A stretch of DNA of 64,000 nucleotides from Gammaproteobacteria bacterium (GCA_029884425.1 JAOUHV010000008.1:17977-81976); one strand, 5' to 3'; shown: positions 42,392 to 52,833, counted from the stretch's first letter. Numbers and translations are program-made. Notes: a model not told the origin generated them from the letters alone.

Positions 42392-43549
42392 TTAACCTTG
42401 CAGGAAGGCTTTTATGCGAGCGATTCCCAGTTTTAGCCGGGAAATATCGGTGGTATAGGCAAAGCGGACATGGATTTGCGGCTGATTTAGACCAAAATCA
42501 GCCCCGGGTGTTACCGCCACATCGGCCTGCTCCAGCAATTGTCGGCACAGCTCAAAACTGTCCGCACTGATTGCCGAGCAATCCGCGTAGATATAAAACG
42601 CGCCCTGCGGTTCACTGAGAATCCGAAATCCCATCGCGGGTAATTCGGCCAGCAAAAAGTCGCGACGCTGCTGGAACACCTGCACACGCGCCTGAAGAAT
42701 ATCCAATGACTCGGGTTCCAGCGCCGCCAGCGCACCATATTGGGCCGGCGTTGAGGGTGCCAAAAACAGATTCTGCGCCAAACGATCTATCGCATCCAGA
42801 TAGGCGGTCGGCGCGATCAGCCAACCGACGCGATAACCCGTCATGGCGAAGTATTTTGAAAAACTGTTAACCACAAACAGCGACTCGGAAAACGCCGCTG
42901 CTGTTTGCGGATGCGGGCCATAAATCAGCCCGTGGTAAATTTCGTCGACAATCACCACGCCACCACGCGCCTCAACCCAATGGATGATGGCTCGCAGTTC
43001 CTGTTCATCGATCAGGGTGCCGCAGGGGTTGGAGGGTGAGGCCAGCATCACGGCCACGCTGTGTTCGTTCCAGTGATCCTTCACCTGCTGCAGCGTCAGC
43101 TGGTAATGCGTTGAACCATCCACCGGCACCAGACGGGGCTGTCCACCCACCAGTTCGACAAAATGCCGGTTACACGGATAGCCCGGATCCGCCATGATCA
43201 CCTGCTGACCGGGATTGACGAGCACTCCCATAATCAACTGCAGTGCACCTGATGAACCTGGTGTCACCACTACCCGCGAAGGGGTAATACTGACACCGTA
43301 ACGTGACTGGTAAAAATCAGCGATACCCTCGCGCAAGGCCGACACCCCCAGTGCGGGAGTGTAATGGGTTTTCCCCTGGCGCATGGCCGCGACAGCCGCC
43401 TCGGTAATGCGCTCAGGGGTGGAAAAATCCGGCTCGCCGATTTCCATGTGGACGATGTCGCGCCCCTGGGCTTCCAGCTCCCGTGCCCTGGCCAGCAAAG
43501 CCATGACGTGGAACGGCGCAATGCGGTCCATGCGCTGAGCAATCGACAT
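42392..43549 (-). CDS. pyridoxal-phosphate-dependent aminotransferase (class I/II)
   Basis: About 385 aa with the PLP-lysine region NSFSKYFAMTGYRVGW. The start is either the ATG at 43549 or the apparent GTG at 43561. Confidence 0.85.
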   Translation of the reverse strand: MSIAQRMDRIAPFHVMALLARARELEAQGRDIVHMEIGEPDFSTPERITEAAVAAMRQGKTHYTPALGVSALREGIADFYQSRYGVSITPSRVVVTPGSSGALQLIMGVLVNPGQQVIMADPGYPCNRHFVELVGGQPRLVPVDGSTHYQLTLQQVKDHWNEHSVAVMLASPSNPCGTLIDEQELRAIIHWVEARGGVVIVDEIYHGLIYGPHPQTAAAFSESLFVVNSFSKYFAMTGYRVGWLIAPTAYLDAIDRLAQNLFLAPSTPAQYGALAALEPESLDILQARVQVFQQRRDFLLAELPAMGFRILSEPQGAFYIYADCSAISADSFELCRQLLEQADVAVTPGADFGLNQPQIHVRFAYTTDISRLKLGIARIKAFLQG

Positions 43550-43562
43550 CGTCGGAATCACT

Positions 43563-44330
43563 TTAATGGGCGTGAATATAGCGCAGTGCCGCCACGTTGA
43601 TCAGCGTCTGACCACCCAGGCTGCCTGAAATCACTTGGCAGGGCGCACCAGGTTCGCCCATGTTGTCGACCACCACGCTGGCACCGGTGAAATCTTCATC
43701 GCGGGTATAGCCGTTGATGGTAATGACGGTTTTAACCTTGGCTCCCAGCGAGGACTTGATGCCGTTGCCTGAGTCTTCCAGGGCAACGCACTGCTCGGGT
43801 TTGAGCTTCATTTTGTCCAGCGCCCAGAAATAGATATCGGGTGCAGGCTTCTTGGCAGGCACGATATCGCCGGCGGCGATGCACTCAAACCAGCTCATGG
43901 CATCCGGAGCCAATGCTGCCGTCAACAGAGCTTCGACGTTCGCAGGGGTAGTCGTTGTCACCACCGCCAAACGCAGACCCTGGGCACGGGCTTCAGCAAT
44001 CAGGCGTTTCACACCAGGACGCAAACCGATCACGCCGTCTTTGAGCATGCGGGTGAAATGTTCGGTCTTGGCTGCGTGCATTTTCTTCAAGAAACCACTG
44101 TAATCGTCCGGCTTTTTAAAATCGGGGCGGTATTTTTCGATGTAGAAGTCCATGCGCTCCTTGCCACCGGTCACGGTCAGCAAATCACCATAGAGTTCCT
44201 CATCCCAATCCCAATCCAAACCCGCATCTTTAAAGGCAAGATTAAAGGCTACGCGATGACCATCACGCTCGGTATCCGACAGCGTGCCATCCACATCGAA
44301 CAACAGGGCTTCTAACTGCATTTGACTCAA
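43563..44330 (-). CDS. HAD-superfamily hydrolase (CbbY-like phosphatase)
   Basis: 255 aa with the HAD motif I FDVDGTL. The sequence is CbbY-like (ERDGHRVAFNLAF). Confidence 0.8.
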   Translation of the reverse strand: MSQMQLEALLFDVDGTLSDTERDGHRVAFNLAFKDAGLDWDWDEELYGDLLTVTGGKERMDFYIEKYRPDFKKPDDYSGFLKKMHAAKTEHFTRMLKDGVIGLRPGVKRLIAEARAQGLRLAVVTTTTPANVEALLTAALAPDAMSWFECIAAGDIVPAKKPAPDIYFWALDKMKLKPEQCVALEDSGNGIKSSLGAKVKTVITINGYTRDEDFTGASVVVDNMGEPGAPCQVISGSLGGQTLINVAALRYIHAH

Positions 44331-44482
44331 ATCCTTACAAACCTACTCAGGGCTGCCTTTATAGGCTGTAAACCACAAAATGGCAAGTCGACTTGTTCAG
44401 TGACATACAATGTTGCGGTGCCTGACCCTTTCTGGTAAAAAAGCCAATTCAGATATTCTCGGCAATGGGAGATGGAGTGAAA

Positions 44483-45049
44483 ATGGCCGCGAAAAAGGCA
44501 AGTGCGAAGAAAGTCAGCGCAAAGAAAACCAGTGCCACTAAGAAAACCGCCGAAACTGTCAGTACGTCAGTAGCATCTGCGGTGGAGACAGCGACTGCCA
44601 CGACCAAACAAGCCGCTGTAGTCAAAGGCTCCAGCAGCAATTTCCTGGGCTTTGTCCCTTACCAGGAAAAAGCCGGCGAAGAATACATGAATGATGCCCA
44701 GCGCAAACACTTCATGGGCATTCTTAACGCCTGGAAAAGGGAATTGATGGAGGAAGTCGACCGTACCGTGCATCACATGCAGGACGAAGCCGCTAACTTC
44801 CCGGACCCTAACGACCGCGCAACCCAGGAATCTGAGTTCACCATGGAGCTGCGGGCACGTGACCGCGAACGCAAACTCATCAAGAAAATTGAAGAGTCCA
44901 TCCGTTCCCTGGAAAACGACGAATACGGTTTTTGCGACCAGTGCGGCATCGAAATCGGCATTCGCCGTTTGGAAGCCCGCCCAACCGCCACGCTATGCAT
45001 AGACTGCAAAACGCTGGACGAGATTCGCGAAAAGCATATCAGCAACTAA
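44483..45049 (+). CDS. dksA: RNA polymerase-binding transcription factor DksA with N-terminal AKK-rich extension
   Basis: The core aligns with E. coli DksA from PYQEK onwards ([18 protein letters not shown]; zinc finger [25 protein letters not shown]). The ATG at 44483 is preceded by GGAG, and the ORF-track ATG at 44465 is also possible. Confidence 0.9.
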   Translation: MAAKKASAKKVSAKKTSATKKTAETVSTSVASAVETATATTKQAAVVKGSSSNFLGFVPYQEKAGEEYMNDAQRKHFMGILNAWKRELMEEVDRTVHHMQDEAANFPDPNDRATQESEFTMELRARDRERKLIKKIEESIRSLENDEYGFCDQCGIEIGIRRLEARPTATLCIDCKTLDEIREKHISN

Positions 45050-45055
45050 AACCAC

Positions 45056-45084
45056 AAAAAAGCCCGCATCACGCGGGCTTTTTT
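45056..45084. terminator. bidirectional rho-independent terminator (dksA / DUF3579 gene)
   Basis: A5-AGCCCGC-ATCAC-GCGGGCT-T5 between convergent genes. Confidence 0.85.
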
Positions 45085-45093
45085 CTGTTCGTT

Positions 45094-45372
45094 TCAACCA
45101 TCCAGCGGATGCGACCGCAGGCCGTTTATACGAGCGAACGACATGATGTACTCGTACCCGATCGGATCTTCGACCTTCAACCGACCATCCACCATCAGAC
45201 ATTTTTCACCGTCGACCACACACGGATAGACGGATTTGGAATAATGCAGCCGATGATCTGCCCCAAAACTGCCCATATTGGCGGAAATACGTTCAATCCA
45301 GTCACTGGGACGAAACCGTTTGCCATCTAGGCGAACACTCTCAATAACCCACTTTTGCGCTTGGTTTTCCAT
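45094..45372 (-). CDS. conserved hypothetical protein (DUF3579-like)
   Basis: 92-aa soluble ORF with an ATG start and terminator-flanked. The family assignment is from memory only. Confidence 0.6.
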   Translation of the reverse strand: MENQAQKWVIESVRLDGKRFRPSDWIERISANMGSFGADHRLHYSKSVYPCVVDGEKCLMVDGRLKVEDPIGYEYIMSFARINGLRSHPLDG

Positions 45373-45484
45373 TCGTGCCTGCGTCCTCTGCGCGATAACA
45401 ACCTATACTCTCAAGGAGCACAAAAACCCTGCTTAAATATCGTCACTTTTGTTATTTGCTAAAGCGCTTTTTGCAAACCTGCAT

Positions 45485-45524
45485 ATGAAAAAACAAAGGC
45501 CCCGGCAGTGTTGCTGCCGGGGCC
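45485..45524 (-). terminator. rho-independent terminator of thrC
   Basis: GGCCCCGGCAG-loop-CTGCCGGGGCC (11-bp GC stem), followed on the minus strand by TTTGTTTTTT. Confidence 0.85.
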
Positions 45525-45549
45525 TTGAGAGGACTGGATTGACTAGAAT

Positions 45550-46635
45550 TTAGTCAACCATATTGTCCAGAATGGCCTTCTTCACGCTTTCCAGCTTGGC
45601 TTCAACGGTGTGAATCACGCCGGTGGATTGCTTGATGGCAATGTCCGGATCTTTCAGACCGTGTCCAGTCAGGGTACAGACAACCTTGCTGCCTGCCGGA
45701 ATCTTGCCTGACTTGATATCACGCATGGCACCTGCCAACGAAGTCGCTGATGCAGGTTCACAGAAAATACCTTCGTGCTGCGCCAGCATGGCCTGAGCTT
45801 CCAGAATCACCGCATCGGTACACTCGTCGAACCAGCCATTGGAGTCTTCTTTGACCTTCCACGCCTTATCCCAGGACTGCGGATGACCAATGCGAATCGC
45901 CGTTGCCAGCGTATCGGGGTTGTCGACCATTTTGCCGCGCATGAACGGCGCTGCGCCTGCAGCCTGGTAACCCACCATGCGTGGCACGTTGTTGACGATG
46001 CCGTGCTGATGATATTCGGTGTATCCCATCCAGTGGGCAGTGATGTTGCCAGCGTTGCCCACAGGCAAGCAGTGGAAGTCTGGAGCGCATTCCAGTTCTT
46101 CAACAATTTCAAACGCCGCCGTTTTCTGACCCTGCAGACGATAAGGATTAATGGAATTCACGATGGTCACTGGCGCCTGGCCACCCACCTGTTTAACCAG
46201 CTCCATACCGTGGTCAAAATTGCCTTTGATCTGGATCACCACCGCGCCGTGCATCATGGCCTGCGACAATTTACCCAACGCGATTTTGCCCTCAGGAATC
46301 AACACGAATGCGGTAATCCCAGCGCGAGAAGCATACGCTGCAGCGGCAGCCGACGTGTTCCCGGTTGACGCACAGATAATCGCCTTGCTGCCCTCTTCCA
46401 CAGCCTTGGTCACGGCCATGGTCATACCCCGGTCCTTGAACGAACCGGTGGGGTTTAATCCTTCGTATTTGATATAGATATCAACATCGTTATGACCGAT
46501 CAAACGCGGGATGTTGTTCAAACGAATCAACGGGGTATTACCCTCACCCAGACTGATGATTCGGGTATCGTCGTGTACCGGCAAACGATCACGGTATTTG
46601 TCGATCAGGCCGGTATAACGGGGACGAAAAGGCAT
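45550..46635 (-). CDS. thrC: threonine synthase
   Basis: 361 aa with the PLP-lysine motif TGSFKDRG. Lies directly downstream of hom. Confidence 0.92.
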   Translation of the reverse strand: MPFRPRYTGLIDKYRDRLPVHDDTRIISLGEGNTPLIRLNNIPRLIGHNDVDIYIKYEGLNPTGSFKDRGMTMAVTKAVEEGSKAIICASTGNTSAAAAAYASRAGITAFVLIPEGKIALGKLSQAMMHGAVVIQIKGNFDHGMELVKQVGGQAPVTIVNSINPYRLQGQKTAAFEIVEELECAPDFHCLPVGNAGNITAHWMGYTEYHQHGIVNNVPRMVGYQAAGAAPFMRGKMVDNPDTLATAIRIGHPQSWDKAWKVKEDSNGWFDECTDAVILEAQAMLAQHEGIFCEPASATSLAGAMRDIKSGKIPAGSKVVCTLTGHGLKDPDIAIKQSTGVIHTVEAKLESVKKAILDNMVD

Positions 46636-46654
46636 GATTACGGTCCTCTATCTC

Positions 46655-47980
46655 TTAGTTTTTGTTCAATTGTTCCAGGCGAATCTTGGTGACCTTGCCC
46701 TTGATGGACGACAAAGCCTCAATCTTGCCAATGGCAGCTAACATGTCTTTTTCTTTAACCCGGTGGGTCACCATGATGATGCTGGTCGGCTTGGTCTCGT
46801 CCGCCGCCTTTTGCACCATGGCCTCAATACTGATGCCGCTATCGGCCATGAATCGGGTCACGTCGGCCAGCACGCCGGGCTTATCTTCAACCTGCATGCG
46901 CAAATAGTACGCAGTGACCACTTCGCTCATGGGCAAAATGGGCAAATTGGACAACGCATCGGGCTGGAACGCCAGATGCGGTACACGATTTTCCGGGTCG
47001 CTGGTCAGAGCGCGCACCACGTCAACCAAGTCTGCCACGACTGCCGAAGCCGTCGGCTCTGCACCTGCACCAGGACCGTAGAACATCGCCGCACCCACTG
47101 CGTCACCTTTGACCAGTACCGCATTCATAACACCGTCCACGTTGGCGATCAGGCGGCGCTCAGGAATCAGGGTCGGATGCACGCGCAGCTCAACGCCTTC
47201 ATCAGTACGACGGGCGATACCCAGGTGTTTGATGCGATAGCCTAATTCTTCGGCGTAAACCACATCTTCACGGGTAATACCGGTAATGCCTTCGGTTGTC
47301 ACTTTGCTAAATTGCAGCGGAATACCGAACGCGATCGATGCCAGAATAGTCAACTTGTGGGCAGCATCGATGCCTTCAACGTCAAACGTCGGATCGGCTT
47401 CGGCGTATCCCAGACGCTGGGCTTCGGCCAACACGTCGGCAAAATCACGGCCTTTATCGCGCATTTCAGTCAGGATGAAATTGCCCGTGCCATTGATGAT
47501 GCCGGCCAGCCATTGAATGCGGTTGGCACTCAAACCTTCACGGATCGATTTGATGATGGGAATACCACCGGCGACAGAGGCCTCAAACGCGACCATCACG
47601 CCTTTTTTCTGCGCTGCGGCAAAAATTTCGTTACCGTACTTGGCAATCAACGCCTTATTGGCCGTCACCACATGCTTGCCGTTGGCGATGGCGCGCATCA
47701 CCAGTTCGTGCGCAGGCTGGTCACCGCCCATCAGCTCGACAACCACGTCTACATTCGGATTTTCCACCACGTCAGCGGGATTGGCGGTCAGAGTAATTCC
47801 CGTCAGGTCGCAACTGCGAGGACGGGAAATGTCGCGCGCAGAGGCATGAACAACCTCAATGGCACGACCTGCACGACGGCTGATTTCCTCGGCATTGCGT
47901 TTCAACACATTGACTGTACCGCCACCGACGGTACCCAAACCCAACAAACCAATCTTTACCGGACCCACATGTTTCTCCAT
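46655..47980 (-). CDS. hom: homoserine dehydrogenase
   Basis: N-terminal NAD-binding region KIGLLGLGTVGGG and a C-terminal ACT domain. The ATG at 47980 (MEKHVGPVKIG) is preferred over the ORF-track start 33 codons upstream. Confidence 0.92.
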   Translation of the reverse strand: MEKHVGPVKIGLLGLGTVGGGTVNVLKRNAEEISRRAGRAIEVVHASARDISRPRSCDLTGITLTANPADVVENPNVDVVVELMGGDQPAHELVMRAIANGKHVVTANKALIAKYGNEIFAAAQKKGVMVAFEASVAGGIPIIKSIREGLSANRIQWLAGIINGTGNFILTEMRDKGRDFADVLAEAQRLGYAEADPTFDVEGIDAAHKLTILASIAFGIPLQFSKVTTEGITGITREDVVYAEELGYRIKHLGIARRTDEGVELRVHPTLIPERRLIANVDGVMNAVLVKGDAVGAAMFYGPGAGAEPTASAVVADLVDVVRALTSDPENRVPHLAFQPDALSNLPILPMSEVVTAYYLRMQVEDKPGVLADVTRFMADSGISIEAMVQKAADETKPTSIIMVTHRVKEKDMLAAIGKIEALSSIKGKVTKIRLEQLNKN

Positions 47981-48285
47981 GATTTCCGTTAATCTCGCCA
48001 ACCAGCCACTCGGGCTGCCGGCCTTCAGTGTCAGCCATTCTTGCCTGACTACCCTATCAAACTCACAAACCTCGGCCAAAACACATCATGATCCACAGTG
48101 ACTGCGGGACTGATCACCGACATAGACACCGAACCATTTGATTTTCCGAGAAGATCTGCGCTCTGGCCATGACATGCGCAAACCCCATATCCAAGGCCGC
48201 CCGCAAAAATACTGTTGCGCTAACACCCTGTCAATGAAGATTTTTCACCTCTAACGCGGCATAATACCCGGCCCGGAGGTTCTGC

Positions 48286-48714
48286 ATGCAAATCAGCCAA
48301 GATTATAACACAAGCGCCTATACATTCCGCTCATACCAAGCGGGCAAGGCGCAGGTTTTCGCCCCCTTAGGCGACAATGTGATTATCTCGCCGGACACCG
48401 CATCGGCAGTCGCCACCGTGCATACGCTGGAGCATAGCTTCTGGATGTTGCCGCAGAAATTGGTGGAACAATGGGAGCCACGCAGCCTGGACGAACTGAC
48501 CGCCGCGCACCTGGCCCCACTACTGGACGAAAAGCCCGAATTACTCATCCTGGGGACCGGTGAAAAAATCCGTTTTCCCAAGCAGGAAATAACCCAGATT
48601 TTAACCAGTCGCCGCATTGGCGTCGAAGTGATGGGCAACAGTGCAGCCTGTCGCACCTATAATTTTTTGATTTCCGACCGCCGCCGCGTCGCCATCGCCA
48701 TACTGATTGACTAA
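48286..48714 (+). CDS. Mth938-like (DUF498) domain protein
   Basis: 142 aa with LLILGTGEKIRFP ... GVEVMGNSAACRTYN, typical of the Mth938/NDUFAF3-like fold family. Confidence 0.7.
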   Translation: MQISQDYNTSAYTFRSYQAGKAQVFAPLGDNVIISPDTASAVATVHTLEHSFWMLPQKLVEQWEPRSLDELTAAHLAPLLDEKPELLILGTGEKIRFPKQEITQILTSRRIGVEVMGNSAACRTYNFLISDRRRVAIAILID

Positions 48715-49685
48715 TCCTCGTCAACCAGCGCCATCGCTCGCTCAATGACCTCGATTCCTGCGCCCCGCTTGTGCGAGGTTTCGCTGATGTGACGACGCCA
48801 GGCGCGTGCGCCGGTGCAACCGGAAAAAATCCCCAGAATGTGTCGACTCATGTGATGAAGCGCAGTGCCGGCAGATAATTCTTTTTCGATGTAGGGCAAA
48901 TAGTCGCGCACAATTTGTTTGCGACTTTTCACCGCATCAGTTGAACCAAAATAGCGTTGATCAACATCAGCCAGAATATACGGATCATGATAGGCCGCTC
49001 GCCCTATCATCACGCCATCCACGTGCGCCAACTGTTGATCGGCCTGATCCAAGTTCATGATGCCACCATTAATGGAAATATTCAGCTGCGGATAATCACG
49101 CTTCAACTGATACACCATGCTGTAATCCAGCGGCGGAATTTCGCGATTTTCTTTCGGGCTCAATCCCTTCAGCCACGCCTTGCGCGCATGCACAATAAAC
49201 ACATCGCAACCTGCCGCAGCAACCTTGTCGATGAATTCACGCAAAAACACATAACCTTCGCTGTCATCAATACCAATCCGGTGCTTGACCGTGATCGGCA
49301 ATTCTGGAGCGCGCACTTTCATTTCAGCAACACAATCCGCCACCAGATCTGGCTCGGCCATCAAACACGCACCAAATCGCCCGGATTGAACCCTGTCACT
49401 GGGGCAGCCAACGTTCAAATTAATTTCGTCGTAGCCGAACTCCTGACCAATTTGACTGCACACGCCCAAATCTATCGGATCACTGCCACCGAGTTGCAAT
49501 GCCACCGGATGTTCAGTGGCATCGTAACGAAGTATATGTTTGCGATCACCGTACAACAGCGCATGGGTGGTCACCATCTCGGTGTACAACAAAACGTGGC
49601 GACTAAGCAGGCGCAAAAAATAGCGGTCATGCCTGTCTGTCCAGTCCATCATGGGTGCAACGGAGACGGTTCGCGAAAATTTCAT
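48711..49685 (-). CDS. dusA: tRNA-dihydrouridine(20/20a) synthase
   Basis: The N-terminus VSVAPMMDWTDRHDRYFLR is typical of DusA, followed by a TIM-barrel flavoenzyme. The ATG at 49685 is preferred over the ORF-track start 29 codons upstream. Confidence 0.9.
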   Translation of the reverse strand: MKFSRTVSVAPMMDWTDRHDRYFLRLLSRHVLLYTEMVTTHALLYGDRKHILRYDATEHPVALQLGGSDPIDLGVCSQIGQEFGYDEINLNVGCPSDRVQSGRFGACLMAEPDLVADCVAEMKVRAPELPITVKHRIGIDDSEGYVFLREFIDKVAAAGCDVFIVHARKAWLKGLSPKENREIPPLDYSMVYQLKRDYPQLNISINGGIMNLDQADQQLAHVDGVMIGRAAYHDPYILADVDQRYFGSTDAVKSRKQIVRDYLPYIEKELSAGTALHHMSRHILGIFSGCTGARAWRRHISETSHKRGAGIEVIERAMALVDED

Positions 49686-49716
49686 GGTCGAAGCCACAAT
49701 CATCCACTCTCTAACT

Positions 49717-50427
49717 TTAACGTTTAGCCTTGTAGGCCAACAGCAATTCTCGACTTTTGAGAGGCTTGTCACCTAACAGTCGTTGCAGCGCCATTCGCAC
49801 AATGTACTTGGCATCCTTTGCCACTTGCGGCGATGAAAAATCCTTACGAGCAATGGCCAGCAAACTACTGCCTGCGATAGCCATCGTGGCCACCTCAGAG
49901 GCAACAAATCCCTCCCCAATCACCAACCGGTAATATCGATCTGGCTCGATTGGCACATCGCTTCCCGCCTCATATTGCAGCGGCAACTCATAGCCCAAAC
50001 ACTGTAACAGGCACAGTTCAAAACAGCGCAATGACTCGACACTATTCTCTGCGAGCAATTGTTCAATAGTCCGCAGATATTGATCAAACAACACGGGCAT
50101 CGCATCATGCTTTTGCAGCAGACGCATAAGCAACTCGTTGACGTACAGCGCGCTGAACAGCGCCTCGCCAGTAAGAAAATGAATTTGCCCCAACGACTCA
50201 GCCGCAATCAACTTCGGCAGTTCACCACGCCCCTGCCAGGAAATTTGCAGCAACTGAAAAGGCTGAATCAGCCCGCGCCATTTCGATTTTTCACGCTTTG
50301 CACCCTGTACTACCGCCGCCATCCGCCCATAATCACGGGTAAAAAAATCGACGATAGCACTGGTGTTTTTGAAAGGCCGCTGATGGATCACCACCGCGGT
50401 CTGGAGTTCAACTCGAAAATCACTCAT
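49717..50427 (-). CDS. recO: DNA repair protein RecO
   Basis: RecO-like OB-fold N-terminus (AVVIHQRPFKNTSAIVDFFTRDYGR). The ATG at 50427 overlaps the era stop (ATGAGTGA). Confidence 0.9.
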   Translation of the reverse strand: MSDFRVELQTAVVIHQRPFKNTSAIVDFFTRDYGRMAAVVQGAKREKSKWRGLIQPFQLLQISWQGRGELPKLIAAESLGQIHFLTGEALFSALYVNELLMRLLQKHDAMPVLFDQYLRTIEQLLAENSVESLRCFELCLLQCLGYELPLQYEAGSDVPIEPDRYYRLVIGEGFVASEVATMAIAGSSLLAIARKDFSSPQVAKDAKYIVRMALQRLLGDKPLKSRELLLAYKAKR

Positions 50428-51316
50428 TGTCCCTGTAGCCGAGACTTTGTAGCGCACGTATATCGTCAGTCCAGCCGCTCTTTACTCGCACCCAGAGCTG
50501 CAGGAAAACCTTTTGGCCAAACATGACTTCCAGTTCCTTGCGCGCCGCCGTACCGATTTCTTTCAGCTTCTGACCCTGCTTACCAATGATAATGGCTTTC
50601 TGACCATCGCGCTCCACCCAGATAACTGCAGCAATTTCGAGTAGTTGTTTGTCTTCCTTGAATTGCTCAATTTCGACGGTGCACACATAGGGCAATTCCT
50701 GCCCCAACGAACGCATCAATTTTTCGCGGATTACCTCGGCCGTCAAAAAACGGTCTGTCTTGTCGGTGATTTGATCTTCGGGGTAAAACGTATCGCTCTC
50801 CGGCAAACACTCTTCAATCATTTTTTCAAAACGATCCAGATTGCTTCCCTTGGCGGCAGAGACCGGAATAATGTCTTTGGCGGTGGGTACTTTCGATTGG
50901 ATACTGGCCAAGGCCGGGAGCAATTTTTCTTTGTTGTCGATCAGATCAACTTTATTGACCGCAATAAACAACGGCACGTCCAGATTTTGCAATTTAGCCG
51001 CGACCATATCATCTTCATCGGTCCAGCGTGTGCCTTCGACCACAAACACCACCGCGTCCACGTTACCTATACTTTGACTGGCCTGGCGATTCATAAACTG
51101 GTTGATGGCTTTTTTGCCGCCTTTATGTAATCCCGGCGTGTCGACAAAAATAATTTGCGCCGTGGCCGTCGTATGAATTCCTAAAATGCGGTGCCGCGTT
51201 GTCTGTGGACGGCGAGAAGTAATACTCACCTTTTGCCCCAGAACTTTATTCATTAACGTCGATTTACCCACATTCGGCCGACCAACAATCGCCACAAAGC
51301 CAACCTTCTTAGACAT
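50420..51316 (-). CDS. era: GTPase Era
   Basis: 298 aa with GRPNVGKSTL, DTPG and NKVD motifs and a C-terminal KH domain. Sits in rnc-era-recO synteny. Confidence 0.96.
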   Translation of the reverse strand: MSKKVGFVAIVGRPNVGKSTLMNKVLGQKVSITSRRPQTTRHRILGIHTTATAQIIFVDTPGLHKGGKKAINQFMNRQASQSIGNVDAVVFVVEGTRWTDEDDMVAAKLQNLDVPLFIAVNKVDLIDNKEKLLPALASIQSKVPTAKDIIPVSAAKGSNLDRFEKMIEECLPESDTFYPEDQITDKTDRFLTAEVIREKLMRSLGQELPYVCTVEIEQFKEDKQLLEIAAVIWVERDGQKAIIIGKQGQKLKEIGTAARKELEVMFGQKVFLQLWVRVKSGWTDDIRALQSLGYRDNE

Positions 51317-52046
51317 TCAACACCTTCTTAATTAACGGCAAAGCCTCTGCAGCCGCAGCCTGCTCTGCTTTGCGACGACTACTGCCTTCACCCATTGTGG
51401 GCTGATCCAAACCTTCGACGTAACATTCCACTTTGAAATGCTGGTCATGCGGCGCGCCACCAATAAAAATCACTTTATACTCTGGCAAGGGAATACGCCT
51501 GGATTGCAATAATTCCTGCAGGCGGCTTTTGGGGTCTTTCAGATTTTTGCTCATCACAAAATTATCCAGCCGCGTATCGAACAGATGAAGAATCACTTGC
51601 TCTGCTGCTGACAAACCACCGTCCAAATAAACACTGCCGAAAAGCGCCTCCAGCGTGTCTGACAAAATGGATTTACGGCGGAAACCGCCGCTTTTTAATT
51701 CACCCGAGCCCAGCAACAAATAGTCGCCCAAGGATAACTCCAGCGCAACTTCTGCCAGCGTATCCTCTTTGACCAAACTCGCTCGGGAACGACTGAGTTC
51801 ACCTTCGGTGGCACGTGGAAAGCGTTGATACAACGCATGCGCAATCACAAAATTAAGAATACTGTCGCCAAGAAATTCCAGACGCTCATTGTGCATTCCA
51901 CCCATGCTGCGATGGGTCAGCGCCTGCGTGAACAAATCCGGGTTCTGATAACGATATCCCAGCTTGTTCAGCAACAGATCTTTTGACTGATTCAAGTACG
52001 CATCCTTACTCAATTCTCTGACCAATACGTCCCCAGGAAACACCAC
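51309..52046 (-). CDS. rnc: ribonuclease III
   Basis: Carries the signature NERLEFLGDS and a C-terminal dsRBD. The exact start is uncertain: only non-ATG candidates exist, and the call overlaps the lepB 3' end. Confidence 0.92.
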   Translation of the reverse strand: MVFPGDVLVRELSKDAYLNQSKDLLLNKLGYRYQNPDLFTQALTHRSMGGMHNERLEFLGDSILNFVIAHALYQRFPRATEGELSRSRASLVKEDTLAEVALELSLGDYLLLGSGELKSGGFRRKSILSDTLEALFGSVYLDGGLSAAEQVILHLFDTRLDNFVMSKNLKDPKSRLQELLQSRRIPLPEYKVIFIGGAPHDQHFKVECYVEGLDQPTMGEGSSRRKAEQAAAAEALPLIKKVLNV

Positions 52047-52833
52047 CTTGGTCCGTATTAAAATTCATCCAGATCATGAATGCCTTGCCAACCAAAAATT
52101 CTTCGCTGACGGTCCCCCAAAAACGACTGTCATTACTGTTGTCGCGATTATCGCCCATGACGAAATACTGCCCAGCGGGCACAATCATTTCACCATCAAT
52201 GCGCGGTTTTCCATTTTCGATCAGGATGTCGTGACGCACACCATCCAGCATTTCCTGCATCCGATTCAAACCTGCCAGCGGCATACCGGTAACACTGCCC
52301 ATGTACGGTCCAATATATTCCTTGGACATCAACTGACCGTTAACGTACAGCGTTTTATTACGATATTCGATATGGTCACCAGGCAAGCCGACGACGCGTT
52401 TGATGTAATCGGTGCTTGGATCCTTGGGATAGCGAAACACCAACACATCACCACGCTGCGGTGAGCCTACTTCCACAACTTTGTAATCCACCACGGGCAA
52501 GCGAATGCCGTAGCTGAATTTATTCACCAGAATAAAATCACCTACTTCCAAAGTTGGCAGCATTGATCCCGATGGAATACGGAACGGTTCGACCAAAAAC
52601 GAGCGCAGCAACAACACCACCAAAATCACCGGAAAAAATGACTTGGCATACTCCACCAGCAGCGGTTCTTTCGAGACCGATTTAACCATTTCGTCATCGG
52701 CACCGGGGTGATCTTTCAGGTAAGCATCCGCAACAGACTTGCGCTTCGGTGCCCAGAAGATGGCATCCAACCCCCAGATAACACCCGTCACGACCACCGC
52801 CAACACCATGATTGTGGGAAAATCGAAATGCAT
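52006..52833 (-). CDS. lepB: signal peptidase I
   Basis: 275 aa with the catalytic Ser box PSGSMLPTL, the Lys box YIKRVVGLPGD and box E GDNRDNSNDSR. Confidence 0.95.
   Translation of the reverse strand: MHFDFPTIMVLAVVVTGVIWGLDAIFWAPKRKSVADAYLKDHPGADDEMVKSVSKEPLLVEYAKSFFPVILVVLLLRSFLVEPFRIPSGSMLPTLEVGDFILVNKFSYGIRLPVVDYKVVEVGSPQRGDVLVFRYPKDPSTDYIKRVVGLPGDHIEYRNKTLYVNGQLMSKEYIGPYMGSVTGMPLAGLNRMQEMLDGVRHDILIENGKPRIDGEMIVPAGQYFVMGDNRDNSNDSRFWGTVSEEFLVGKAFMIWMNFNTDQGGVSWGRIGQRIE

Noticed and set aside
44449-44640. 63-aa very hydrophobic ORF on the minus strand opposite the dksA 5' region.
   Set aside because: It is the complement of the AAG/GCC-rich codons of the DksA AKK extension, which automatically yields Leu/Phe/Ala-rich antisense translation. 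It lies wholly inside a well-supported gene.
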